DNA from: Nemertoderma westbladi
Lineage: Eukaryota > Animalia > Xenacoelomorpha
Length of the DNA: 64,000 nt
Assembly: GCA_032718475.1 (NCBI GenBank)
Contig: JAUCBJ010006261.1
Coordinates: 1-64,000, forward strand
Reading direction: 5' to 3'
Shown: positions 51,633-64,000 of the stretch, piece by piece
Layout: each line of letters opens with the position of its first letter
How positions within the stretch are numbered: position 1 is the stretch's first letter
The notes under the pieces: model-generated
Databases searched by the model: none
What the model was told of the DNA's origin: nothing
What the model saw: the letters and a program-made list of their open reading frames with translations, nothing else
Made by a program: the position numbers and the translations under genes

Positions 51633-53293
51633 CAGGGTATTGCCTGATAACTTTATAGAAGTAAAAGTGTCTGAGTCTGTACTCCCAGATATTCCCACTG
51701 GCGATATCTCCTTTGCAGAAGTGAAGGCTGCTGCAAAGAGCATTAAGACCAATCGTGCCAGTGGAGTAGATGGTGTTCCCCCTGAGGTCTTTAAAATACC
51801 TGAGTGTTTAAAGCTCATCTATCCCATCATAGTAGACATGTACCGTACAACAAGAGTCCCACAAGAAATGAAAACAAATAAGTTGGTGCCAGTTCCCAAG
51901 AAGGGCAACCTAACACTCTATGGTTCTTTTCGGGGAATCTCATTGATCTCGATTGCTGCAAAACTATACAATAGAATTCTATTAAATCGCATCAGGGATC
52001 CCATTGAGAGACTGCTACGTGGAAATCAGAATGGGTTCCGTAAAGGTCGTGGGACCCTGGAGCCCATTTTGGCACTTGGAAGGATAATTGAAGAGTTATC
52101 AAAAAAGAAAGACAGGCATCTATCCGGCTGTTATCTTTGTTGACTTCTTCAAGGCCTTTGATTCAGTCTCTCGCTCACGTATGTTCAGCATACTTTCATT
52201 ATATGGGATTCCTGATGAAATTATTGCAGCAATCAGATCAGTATACGATGGTTCGACAACATTTGTGTCTACAGTTGACGGTGACACAGAACCATTTGAA
52301 GTGTTATGGGGCGTCCTCCAAGGAGACACACTTGCACCATTCTTGTTCATTATTGTGGTTGACTATGTTCTACGCATGTCCTTAGATCATCATAATGATG
52401 ATGGGGTGATGATAACTCCACCTACTGGCTCCAGAAGTCGAGGAAATCCTGCCAAGTACCTAACTGATCTAGACTTTGCTGATGACTTAGGAGTACTCTC
52501 AGAATCATTAGAGGGAGCCCAGCGGCTCCTCAGCTCATTAGAACATGCTGCTTCTAGTGTTGGTCTTTTTATTAACTCCAGAAAGACCAAAATTCTGACA
52601 GTTAACTTTGAAAGTCCTCAGCAAGTCTCTGATCGGATGAGCATAAGCTCAAAGGATGGTATGCTTGAGCATGTGGACGACTTCTGTTACCTGGGATCAT
52701 GGATCCGGAAGTCAGGTGAGGACCTTCGAATACGTAAGGGAAAGGCATGGGCAGCCTTGAATAGGCTTTCCAGGATTTGGAAGTCACCTAGAATTAATCG
52801 GAAACTTAAGGTTCGATTATTTAGAGCAGCAGTAGTTCCAGTACTCCTCTACGGGAGTCCATGCTGGGCTCTAACTGCTGAGGACACCAAATCTCTGGAT
52901 GGCACATTCACAAGAATGCTACGCCGGGTACATTGTGTCAAGTACAATGCACACATCTCCAACCAGACACTATATAACATTGGAGGTGTCTCATTGGTTC
53001 CCCCAAGCTTGACACTAGAACAAAGTCGCCTCCGCTTTGCAGGACATTGCTTTCGCCGTGAGGACCAGCCAGTGCATAATCTTGTACTTTGGCAGCCTCA
53101 TGGAGTGAATAAGCATGGTGGACAGCCCATGACTTTCTTGAGAGGCATCTTAAAGGACACTGGCCTTAAAGATGCGGATGATCTAGCAAATGTCATGGGT
53201 GATAGGGAGTTGTGGCGGTGCAATTTTGTTGACAAGCCGGCACAGCATTCTTAAAAATGCAGCTGCAATGCAGCATTCCGATCCTAGTAGTAG
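51633..53293 (+). mobile_element. 5'-truncated RTE-like LINE inserted in BEL RNase H
   Basis: FRGISL, QNGFRKGR, FVDFFKAFDS, GVLQGDTLAPFLF, DFADD, RLRFAGH; (TAG)3 tail; frameshift near 52100. Confidence 0.92.
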
Positions 53294-55980
53294 ATGCTAG
53301 CAAGGATGGATTGGGGGTTACCTTATACCTTAGACGACAAGTGACATCGGACAGCTACGAAGTGTCTCTCGTTACTTCAAAGGCTAGAACAATGCCATTG
53401 AAGTATATGACTGTACCTCGTGGAGAGCTGCAAGCCGGGACGATATCCACCGATATTGTCAGTCTAGTTCAATGCGAGCTGGAGGCTAACTTGAAGGTCA
53501 CATATTTGACGGATGCGACGTTGGTACTTTGGTACATAAACAACGAAGCATTTGAGTTCAAGACTTTCATAGCCAACAGACGGGCTGAAATATTAGACCG
53601 GTCGCTCAAACAAGATTGGCATCAATGTCCAGGGAAGCTGAACCCAGCTGACATTGCGTCACGGGGGATGCAACCGCTTGACTTTTGTAAACCGGACAAT
53701 AAATCCTTTTGGTTTAGAGGACCCGATTTCCTACAGCGACCATCAGACGAATGGCCACCGTTATTCGACGCGACAACCAATACCATACCAGAGGGTGCCG
53801 AGATAAAAATCGACAAGGTTGTCAAATCCAAAGCGAAAGCCAACGCCAAGATCAAGGCCAAGGACGGACGAAATCTGATGACCTGGACGCTAGACCTGAC
53901 ATTACGCCAGACGTCTCTCCAGAATCTCGACCAGACGCTTGTACGAATCTTTCACCGGATGTTCCGTGGGAGATTTCACCAGACGTTTCGCCAGATTGTT
54001 CACCAGATTACTCGCCAGATTATTCACCAGAAGCGACACCAGATTGTTCTCCGGATTGCTCGCCAGAATGTTTTATGGAACTCTCGACAGATTGTCTACA
54101 GGACGTCTCACCAGACTTTCCACCAGACATCTCGACAGACTGTCCACCAGACTTTAGACCAGACTTTCTGACAGAAGTTACGCCAGACTTTCTCTGGGAC
54201 CGACGACAGGACATTTCGCCGGATGTTCCGCACTATGTCTCACCAGACGTCTCACCAGACTGTTCACCGGACGCTTCACCAGACTGTCTACTAGACACTC
54301 CACTAGAAGACCCATTGGAGCAGACAATTAGAGACTTACAAAATTTGACTTCTTTGGAAGACAGAGGTGTGGCCACAGCTATCACACTCTGCTCAAAGAA
54401 AATACTTGACTTACCACCTACAGGTAAACGTGTAACTAAGGTTAAGAAGCTTACAGGCTCACAGGAACACACTAACACTGTAGAGTTGAAACCGTTACTG
54501 CCAGTCGACTCATTAGGAGCGGACGGTAAAGGTAAGACCATGGAGATTGACATACTTGGGGACTCAAACAAACCTACCGGCAGGCCCGTGGGCCTACCAA
54601 GTCCAGACAAGTATACACACTACGATATACCTTACCTGATGACGTCACTAACACTTACGTTGACCGGATAGTAAACCTAACTAGATCATGGACTGACGCG
54701 TGCCGCAAGTTAGCATGGCTCAAACGTTTGAGACAATATGCCAGAGGCAAACGCGACTTTCCTAGAAGACTTACCTTAAAGGAAGTTGTTCATTGTGAAG
54801 TTGATATCATTCGCCATTATCAATTGCGATATTTCGCACGAGAATTCACAGCGATCAACCAAGGTAAACAGATCAAGTCTTCACCGATTTTCAGTTGGAG
54901 TCCGATTATTTATCGGGGCTTACTTTGTCACAAGTCCAGACTCCAAAACATCGACTTTGCACTTGACTTCAGGTATCCTATCATCATACCGCAACACCAT
55001 GAATTACAGCGCGCTATGATACTGGATGCACATGTACAACTCAAACACGTGGGTAGATATCACTGTTTATCACTCTTACGATCGAGGTTTGCACTGATTA
55101 GGCCTAGCAAGGCACTGAGTTCGGTAACACGGAACTGTATGATTTGTAAGAAGGTGCACGCGAGAATAGGACACCACGAAATGAGTGAACTACCACTAGC
55201 TACATTACAGGCGTTTAGACCCCCTTTCACTGAGACAGGGATAGACTGTTTTGGACCCATAATCGCAAAACGCGGAAGGGTACAGGTAAAACGTTGGGGA
55301 TTGATCTTCACTTGCATGGCCAGCAGAGCTGTCCATATTGAGCGTGTGACAGATTTAACCACCAATGCCTTTATCCTAGCCTTACGGCGATTTATCGCTA
55401 GACGTGGATTGGTCAAATCCATTTACTGCGACCAAGGGACAAACTTTGTGGGTGCACGGAACGAAATAACCAGAGCTTTGAGAAAGTTGGACCAAAACCA
55501 GATTTCCGAGGAACTACGTCCTCACCGAATTGTTTGGAATTTTAATACTCCAGACAGTCCGTGGAGAGGCGGCGTTTGGGAAAGGCTGATTGGCTCAATC
55601 AAGACAGCTATGGCTAAAGTAATACCGACGCAACACATACTGACAGATGACCAACTGACAACGTTGTTAATAGAAATCGAAGCGATTTTGAACACACGAC
55701 CGATCGCTTTGATCCCAGACAATAACGACGCACAGTTTGCCTTGACACCAGCGCACCTGCTTATGCAGGCGCCGACGACATTGTTGCCCATTTCGGTACT
55801 GTACCCGTTAATAGCGACGGATACGGCAACAAGGCCTCGAAAATCACTCAATTGCTTGCAAATAAATTCTGGGAAATATGGCAGAAATACTATTTGCCCT
55901 CTATTTCGACCAGAACCTCTTGGTATCTAAATACCCGATGTTTGAGACGCGGTGACCATATTTTATTGGCTGAAGCCTAG
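53294..55980 (+). pseudogene. BEL RNase H remainder and integrase (copy 1)
   Basis: DASK, VPRGEL, NPADIASRG; H..H/C..C finger; GIDCFGP, CDQGTNF, GGVWERL; frameshifted. Confidence 0.92.
53880..54300 (+). repeat. 12-bp (SPDx) coding minisatellite in the RH-IN linker
   Basis: TCACCAGACxxx units. Confidence 0.85.
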
Positions 55981-57261
55981 TTGGTAAGTGCGAGAGAAAG
56001 CCTTATCCAGTTTAAGTCAGTAATAAGATTGGCTCAACAGGAGCAGTTCGACCAACTGCTAGGTGAGTCAGTTTCGGACGTGTTGTTACAACCCGAAGAG
56101 GAAGAAGAACTATACTGCCTGGACAGGAGGTTAGGGACGCTCACCAATTTTCTTCGTAGAAACGGCGTACCGATCGAAGAACCGGAAGTCGAACCACGAG
56201 GGACGACGGAAGTGCTCACTACGGAAGGCTCGCGAGCCTACCAGCATCCACCACTGGATAGATCGTTCGTTAGTATGCGGAGCGACGTTGGCGACGTTAG
56301 TAGGACAGCTTCTGTAATTACTCGACAACCACGAAATGAGTGAACTACCACTAGCTAGATTACAGGCGTTTAGACCCCCTTTCACTGAGACAGGGATAGA
56401 CTGTTTTGGACCCATAATCGCGAAACGTGGAAGGGTACAGGTAAAACGTTGGGGGTTGATCTTCACTTGCATGGCCAGCAGAGCTGTCCATATTGAGCGT
56501 GTGACAGATTTAACCACCAATGCCTTTATCCTAGCCTTACGGCGATTTATCGCTAGACATGGATTGGTCAAATCCATTTACTGCGACCAAGGGACAAACT
56601 TTGTGGGTGCACGGAACGAAATAACCAGAGCTTTGAGAAAGTTGGACCAAAACCAGATTTCCGAGGAACTACGTCCTCACCGAATTGTTTGGAATTTTAA
56701 TACTCCAGACAGTCCTTGGAGAGGCGGCGTTTGGGAAAGGCTGATTGGCTCAATCAAGACAGCTATGGCTAAAGTAATACCGACGCAACACATACTGACA
56801 GACGACCAACTGACAACGTTGTTAATAGAAATCGAAGCGATTTTGAACACACGACCGATCGCTTTGATCCCAGACAATAACGACGCACAGTTTGCCTTGA
56901 CACCAGCGCACCTGCTTATGCAGGCGCCGACGACATTGTTGCCCATTTCAGTACCCGTTAATAGCGACGGATACGGCAACAAGGCTTGGAAAATCACTCA
57001 ATTGCTTGCAAATAAATTCTGGGAAATATGGCAGAAATACTATTTGCCCTCTATTTCGACCAGAACCTCTTGGTATCTAAATACTTTATCCATATTTTAT
57101 TGGCTGAAGCCAATCTGAAAAGACGGTTTTGGCTGACTGGAGTCATTTTGACCACACACCCTACATCTGGTGTAACAAGGACAGTTACTGTAAGGACTAT
57201 CGACGGCCGTACCGTAGATAGGCCTGTACAACGTCTCGTACTCCTTGAGGAGACTACCTAA
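55981..57261 (+). pseudogene. Duplicated gag segment fused to a second integrase copy
   Basis: 55981-56329 matches 46082-46430; 56330-57085 matches about 55175-55933. Confidence 0.92.
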
Positions 57262-59296
57262 AGAGGTGAGGTCTCTATAGGGGTGGTCTCAACAGGCGAC
57301 GGCGGACTCGTGAGGGTCTGGGGGCACGTTAAATCCTTATTAAGTGCAAGGGAGATACTGAAAGCCCTCGTGTCTAACGAACCATGGATCGACATGGTGC
57401 CGTGGTACCGTCTAGTCGGCATGTTGCCGTACTGCCAGTCCTGTACATAGTAGGGGTGGTGGCATGGCGTGATTTGTGGTTCATGTGGTGTGAACTATGT
57501 TTTGTATGTGAGCAACCAGTGGCAGTTGGCTTGGGGTTTGGATGGTTCCCCATTGGCCATCAGCTGTTCCGTTTTTTTTTATACTATATGTTATTGTCTC
57601 CATGTTCAGCTGATTGGTCTAGGGTGGGTTAGCCGTCTGGGTCTCTGAGTCTCTTTTGCTGTAGGTATGTGAGTACACGTGATTGTATGTGTGGCCACTA
57701 CGAGTGAGTATGGGAACCCTTGCCAGTTGGTCCAGACGCTGCTGGTATTAGTAGGACCATATCTCTACTGCGCCCCAGCATTCTTTGTGCACACAAAGTT
57801 ATTTTGCCCTGTCGGCAAAATAAGGTACTCTCGATTAGCCTGTTAGTTGATACAATTTGTCCCCTCTGATTTTGACCCCGATTTTGTCTTACCCGATTTT
57901 GTCTTACCCGATTTTGTCTCTGTGTGTGCATGGTATGTGTTTGATTTTGTGCTTACCGTTGTGTACTTGATTTCGTGAACATCTGTTGAGTACACGTGTA
58001 CAGTGACCGGTAAGTGGTTACTTGTTCAGTAGCTTTTGAGCTACAGACAGTATTGTCTTTTCAATACTGCCGGCGAGGCAGGTGAAAACGTGTCAAAATT
58101 CCATGTTGGGTAGCGCAAGCCCACGTGGGACAAGACCGTCGGTTAGGCCCAAGGGCGACCTTGGTGCTCGATCGCTATCGACTGGTCCACCTGCCGGTTG
58201 ACTCTTTGTTATACTTTTGAGTTGGCTCAATGTACAGTCAGGCCACAGTAAGTTGACAGTAGCCGCCCATCTGCCTACACGTTCGACGAGCTGTGCCGGT
58301 GTGATCGGGGGACCGAAAACAGAACCCGGGAAGCATCGGGCCACCCTCCGGCCCGGTCTGATACCCAAAGAGTCAGACTGGCCCCAGGGGTGGTGGAAAG
58401 GTGTCCGCCTCGTGGGTGCGCCTCGGGGAGGAGCCCAGAAGGACACAAGCGTACTGTAAGGACTATCGACGGCCGTACCATAGATAGGCCTGTACAACGT
58501 CTCGTACTCCTTGAGGAAACAAGAAACGAGACAGGAGACTACAAATCTCCACCCAATATTAGTAAATAGAAATGTGGGACCTTTGATGGCCGCCACATAG
58601 ACTTACCGTATTTTAGTAATTTAGTATTTCGTATTACTGTATGTGCATTTGTAATCCTCTTCACTGTAGATAGAGACAGAGGTGGAATTCCATTGTCTTT
58701 ATATGTGAACATGGAGGGTAGTACCCTTATGTATCACATAGGAGCGGGATTGTGTGTACAGTAGGAATGGAATTCCACTTGGAACCCACCACTTGGAACT
58801 TTTTCAAAAATTATTAGACAAATCCATTCAGTTGGATTTAAATTTAAGAAAAACGATTCTCCAGTGAATGCGAATTCTAGAATACGGCTAGATAAAAATT
58901 AAAATTGGGGAGGACAAGAGCGGATGGAAGGCTTGCGAGCCTACCGATACATTTTTTTTGGAAAAGAAAACCGGCCTTGTTCTACGTAGTCGTGTCTACT
59001 ATTATTTAGACCGAATTAATTCTCGACTGCATTATTTTCTTTTGGAATGTAGTTAGGGAAATTAAAAGGTGAGTATTTTAGACTCACGGCTAGTTTACCC
59101 GGAATTCGTTTTTTATCGGCACAATTTTGGATTAGGAGCCAGTGCGAAATCACGCGAACCCGAAGTCACTAGGCAAATGGGTTGGGGTTTTAGAGCAAAG
59201 TTGAGCCAAAAGCCGACAAACTCTAAGTCACCTCACATCTAACCTCTATTTTGTGCTTCATCTAGTAGAAACGTAACGATATGTAATCATATATAA

Positions 59297-60022
59297 GTGT
59301 ATATGATGGCGGAGAAGATGTATAAGGAGTTACGTCAAGGGTTTACGCAGGAACAGGAGCACCAGGCGCCGTTTAATCGTTATGGAGCTAAAAACTTTAG
59401 TGTGTTTGGAGTGGAGAGTATGGCTAGAAGTACAGCCAAGCTCGCTAAATCCAAGGCGGACCCGAATGTTACGCGACAGCGATTGGACGCTTATAACAAA
59501 AGAGCGGAGGAATTACGCGCGGAGTTCAATGCGTTATATCCCTACGATGCGTTATGCGACGCTAGTGACATTTGCGAGGATCCAGAAACCGAGATACGCC
59601 GATTATATCATACGCTGCAATATTTGACGGCAAATGAACCCTTACCTGCAGCCAGAGACGAATTCGAAGGAATGCATCTTTATAGACGCGCTCGAGGAGC
59701 GGATCCAGAGACAAAGGACGCGTTTTCCATATACAAACTGTTTTATAAATGTGGAGCATGTATGCGTGAGCAAGACAACGCGATTCCTATGAGATTGAAC
59801 TCGGAGAACCCCGAGCCGATATTAGCGCGATGCTCATACCACCAAAGTCTACGTTACCAAGAAGGCAGATACCCTTTGACAAATCCGTATCATTCGTTTA
59901 AGATGAGTGGACCGAACGCGGGTGAGATCGTTATTTACGAACCCAAATTAGTCGAACCAGACATCTACAGCATGGTAGTGGACGAGTCGAATAAGTCGAC
60001 ACAAGAGAAACGGGAAGTTTGA
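59297..60022 (+). CDS. Accessory ORF downstream of BEL pol, unknown function
   Basis: 241-codon open frame with CxxC...CxxH and no TM segment. BEL-specific hairpins flank it on both sides. Confidence 0.55.
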   Translation: MYMMAEKMYKELRQGFTQEQEHQAPFNRYGAKNFSVFGVESMARSTAKLAKSKADPNVTRQRLDAYNKRAEELRAEFNALYPYDALCDASDICEDPETEIRRLYHTLQYLTANEPLPAARDEFEGMHLYRRARGADPETKDAFSIYKLFYKCGACMREQDNAIPMRLNSENPEPILARCSYHQSLRYQEGRYPLTNPYHSFKMSGPNAGEIVIYEPKLVEPDIYSMVVDESNKSTQEKREV

Positions 60023-63000
60023 GCCTCTACAGGGCGTACAAGGCGTACGAGAAAGGCGAGATCGAGGAGTTCGGCGGAAGGCTCGCGAGCCTACCATTCT
60101 ATTGGATATCCCATGATCAAACCGAACCTAAGGAGATGACACCCAAGCACTTCGATAGTATCACCTTTGCTCAGCGTTTGTCGCAGAGACTACAGATACC
60201 TCATGTCGAGATGACGCGAGAACCTCAACCCCATTCTGCTGGAGCGATAGTACCGGTTGGGGGCGACGGCAATCTCCCGGAGTTCAACCCCACTGACTCT
60301 CTAACTCCTAACTAGCTCCTAGACTCTCTAACTTCTTCTCTCTTCAGTGTTGCGATCTCGCTCATGAGATCTCTCTTAGACCTCCCAGTTAAACTCCACT
60401 GTTCTTCTTCTCTCTTCTGACTGACGTCTTCTCGCTCGCCCGCTCCCGGCGTCAACATATCTCTCTCTGCCCAGGTGGACACTCCTGGGGATACTCGCCA
60501 TCCCCCTACTATTCTCCATCGTCGGGTGCCATGGTTCACCTAACTCATCCTGCGCATTATCCGCCGACGCTCGTGGGACATTTTCTGCCCCCCCCCCCCC
60601 CCCCCTCTCGCCACTAATCTCCCCCTTGGCGGGGTGCCGTAGCCATCCCCCCCCCCCCCCCCACTCACCATTTCTTACTTCACTATCTCTTACTTCACTT
60701 CTACGCCCCTATCATCCAATATCCCATATCCCTTCTACGCCCATATCATCCCGCATATGCTTTCCCGCTCTCTCTCTCTCTCTGTCCTCTCGCAAAGTCT
60801 GGTTCGCTAACTCTGTTTCTTTCGCCACCCGCTCTCTACACTCGCTCTCTACTCTCACCTCCCGCTCTCTATGCTCATTCGTTTCTCTCTCTACCCTCGC
60901 AGCCTCTCTCACTTCTCGTTCTTTATGCTCATTCTCTACTCTCGTCTCTCGCTCTTTACGCTCGTTCTCTACTCTCACATCTCGCTCTTTACGTTCCTCT
61001 GTCTCTCTCTCTTCTTGATCTCTACAGTTCTTCGCCACCCTTTCGGCCTCTCTCTACATTCCCTCGCCAATTCTCTCTCTTTCTCTAACAATGCAGTTCC
61101 CTCGTCCAACTGCCTCTCTAACTCTTTCTGGTCTAGCGCCACCATGTCTTGTTGACATGCCAGATCTATCTCTAACACGCTTCTTGCTTTCGTGGAGGAT
61201 GAGTGGACATTTCGGTCGCGACAGACTCCCGTCGCCTCTCTGTCCTACTAACTTTCCCCCGCTTTCTGGGGTTCTCGCTAACCGACGAGACCGAATGCTC
61301 GGGGTTAACCTCGGGTTCGCCCTCGTGCGGATTAGCCCAACCCACTAACTTAATTCCCCTAGCATCCACTAAGTACAGCCCTACGTACACTACTTCAGGC
61401 TCCATAACCCCGGATCACCACAGTTCGAATAGTTCGGTGGCAACCCCCCATGCTCTCTCACTCGCCAGTTCTCCCTGCCCAAAACGGACCAGATACCGAA
61501 AATGTTTGTTCGACTCATCTAGCTGTTGGTGTAACTTAGGCTGGTTTACCTTTCCTCCCTCTCTGGCCTCCTTTAATAGTTTCTTCGTGGCGTTGTAGAC
61601 CCGCCGATCGCTCGTCCCGACGTCCTCTTCACCGACATCTCCTCCTCCTCTCCTCGTTCGGCGTCATACCGGCGGCCCCACCGTCACCGTTCCGGTGGGC
61701 GTCCGTCGCCCTCAGCCTGTGGCTGTCCGGCGACTCCGGTACTCCGACCGCCGTCGTGCGTCGACTCGTACCTCCCTCGTGGTTGATGGCCGCCTTCCGC
61801 TTGGGCTACCGGATCGTCCCTCGTCGGCGAATCCGGCGTCGCAGTTCAATACTGTCGCGTTGCGGCCTCACAGATCGTTTGGTTGGTGTCGTCCGGGGTC
61901 TGCGGCGGCGTCCTCTCTCCCTCGGATAATCGGGGTTCTCCTTGGCTCATCCTCTCCTCTTAGCAGTCACAGTTTGATGGCAGTTGGCTATTGTTTTACT
62001 GTGACAGGATCGAGATCCCGACTGGGTAGGTTATTTGTACGCGTCACCACAGTGACACTACGTGTCACTGATAGCTTGGCCGAGACCGTTGGAGAAAAGC
62101 GTTCAGAGTTAATGTTGTTCCTTGGCAGTCTAATATAATAATGATAGCACAGTTAATATGATGGCGGATGACAATATTGCTTGATACCGGTAATACATTA
62201 ATATACAGCCAATGTTGATGATGGTAAAACAATATTACCCGTCTGCACTGAAACTGGGTAACTAACTAAACTGAATCACAAAACCGGTAGCAGGAGATAA
62301 TATATGATTGATATACCAATATTACTTCACTCCTACGCTACCTTGGCCTGCTACCTAATGGATGCTCTCCTTCGCCCTTATTGGCTAATACCCTACTTGT
62401 CGCTCTTTCACTCTCTGGGAGTGTTTCCCCTCTGATGCTAGCCTCTGCTAGCTGTGTCCCCTCCGAGGTGGTTTGACATCTAACCTTCCTTTGTGTGTGG
62501 CTTCGGGGCTTGTGTTGCCCCCCCCCCCCCCCCCCCCCAAATGTTGGTTGTGATACGAGATTGATATTGCTAATCTCGTATCTCCAACATATTGCTGAAA
62601 ATGCCACCATCCCATTTTCTGGTGGGTAATGAGGCGGAATTGAATCTGCTTACAGTATCGACCACAATGACATGAACCTTTTAAACACCCTTATAGGAGA
62701 GGAAGGAAGACAAGATCCATTGAGAGATGGGAGAAGAAGTGGATGAGATGTTTGAGAACTCAATGACGCTGGAACAAATACAGTTAAGTAAACATTTGAG
62801 TAGAATAAACTATTACTTGTATAAGGTACCAACCACAAATTTGTGAGCTGGAAAATGTCCAGGCTGTGAAAAACCATATTTTCGTAGAGTTAAGGGAAAT
62901 GTGAGAGAGAGAGAAAGCTCAGAAAGACCAGAAAGGCGCGTTACAAGAGAATGTATGTCAGATGATCCAGACAGAGAACCATACATTTTCAGGTGAAACA

Positions 63001-63159
63001 AAATTAAGGTTAATATCAAATATTTTTGATATTCTACTATATTTTGATTTAGGCATTTTTATCAATGGGTTTATAAATATGATTTACATGTTTAACTACA
63101 TACTGTACTGTTCTTATACAGTATATTCCATGATTGGTAAGGGGGTAAACCTAGAACCA

Positions 63160-63292
63160 ACAGCCGACAAGTTTTGCTGATAGGTTGTTGCCAACAGGTT
63201 TTTACCTGGCAGAAGACAGGTTTTTGCCGACAGGCAACAAGTTGTGCCGACAGGTTTTTGCTGACTGCCGACAGGTTTTTGCCGACAGCTTT
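63160..63292. repeat. GCCGACAGGTTTT short repeats (MITE-arm like)
   Basis: Several degenerate copies. Confidence 0.55.
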
Positions 63293-64000
63293 TTGTGTAA
63301 GAAGGCATTAGGGAGAGGAATTTTTCAGGATTGCACCTGTGTGTAATTTAATAAATTGTTTTAGATAGGACCGGTAACAGTTTTCTAATCAAATTGAAAT
63401 TAATTCACAAACTGACAGATGGTTTCAATAATTTAATAAAAGTAGGCCTACTGGGTAGGTCTACTTTAGTGCAGATTTGTTCTTTTTTCTAGGCAGTGAT
63501 TTTTTATGTCCTTTTATTTGAATTTTTTTGTCCTCCTTTTTTTACGAATTGTGCATAATGACTTTTGTTGTCCCTATAATGACTTTTGTTGTCCATTTAA
63601 TGACTTTTTATGTATGTATTTCTTCAAACTGTCAAACTGCTGATTTCTGGACTGTCAGACAGTTGATTTCAACATGCCTATACCAAAACATTCAAAATTT
63701 GTTGATTTCTGGTTTGTCGGACAGTTGGTTTCACTATGCCTAGTGCCAAAACATTCCATGATTCAATGATTTATAGACTATGAGATAGATTTCCATATGC
63801 GCCTGTGGTAAAAGACTCTAAATTTAATAGTTTGTGGTTGTTGTCGATAATCGATTACCACATGACGGAGCAAAACACTCATTTTATAGCCAAAAACAAT
63901 TACCAATTGATGGAAAGGAGCAGGTTAAGGCCGGATTTTCTAACCAAAACAATAAACATTCACTTTACCAAATGAAGGAAATGAGCAGGTTACAGAGGCG

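Larger units (their letters stand above)
42801..60258 (+). mobile_element. BEL/Pao LTR retrotransposon, rearranged, 3' LTR missing
   Basis: Candidate 5' LTR 42801-43038 (TGT..ACA, TATAAA, then TTTGGTCC). Order gag-PR-RT-RH-IN with BEL signatures. Boundaries are inferred. Confidence 0.8.
22051..62654 (-). mobile_element. Non-autonomous LTR retrotransposon B (sister of A), hosting nested insertions
   Basis: 5' LTR 62000-62654. 3' LTR split into 22051-22118 and 40863-41448. TSD GTATC at 22046-22050 and 62655-62659. PPT next to 41448. Internal parts at 41449-41850 and 60259-61999. Confidence 0.9.

Noticed and set aside
51586-52143. Novel BEL-LINE fusion protein
   Set aside because: Chance in-frame junction from the LINE insertion; an upstream stop at 51553 and a downstream frameshift.
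62655-63020. Short ORFs flanking element B
   Set aside because: No recognisable domain or convincing splice signals.

Overview
AT-rich animal (probably invertebrate) genomic DNA, almost entirely nested transposable elements lying around minus-strand EGF-domain exons (7045-7158, 8598-8711, 18204-18326). Main parts: (1) an apparently intact P-element/THAP transposon (3-4191, 130-bp TIRs, predicted two-exon transposase). (2) A pol-less LTR element A (8872-14301, GGTGT TSD). (3) A sister LTR element B (22051-62654, minus strand, GTATC TSD). B's 3' LTR is split by an 18.7-kb decaying Polinton/Maverick (22119-40862), and its interior holds a rearranged BEL/Pao retrotransposon that is itself interrupted by an RTE-like LINE. 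Most notable: the Polinton carries a divergent TBP-like gene and a PC4-like gene. Elements A and B lack a tRNA PBS and instead show co-varying PBS/LTR complementarity, suggesting Tf1/sushi-type self-priming. The BEL element carries a 20-nt hairpin repeated nine times regardless of reading frame. All calls come from reading motifs by eye; no database searches were run.
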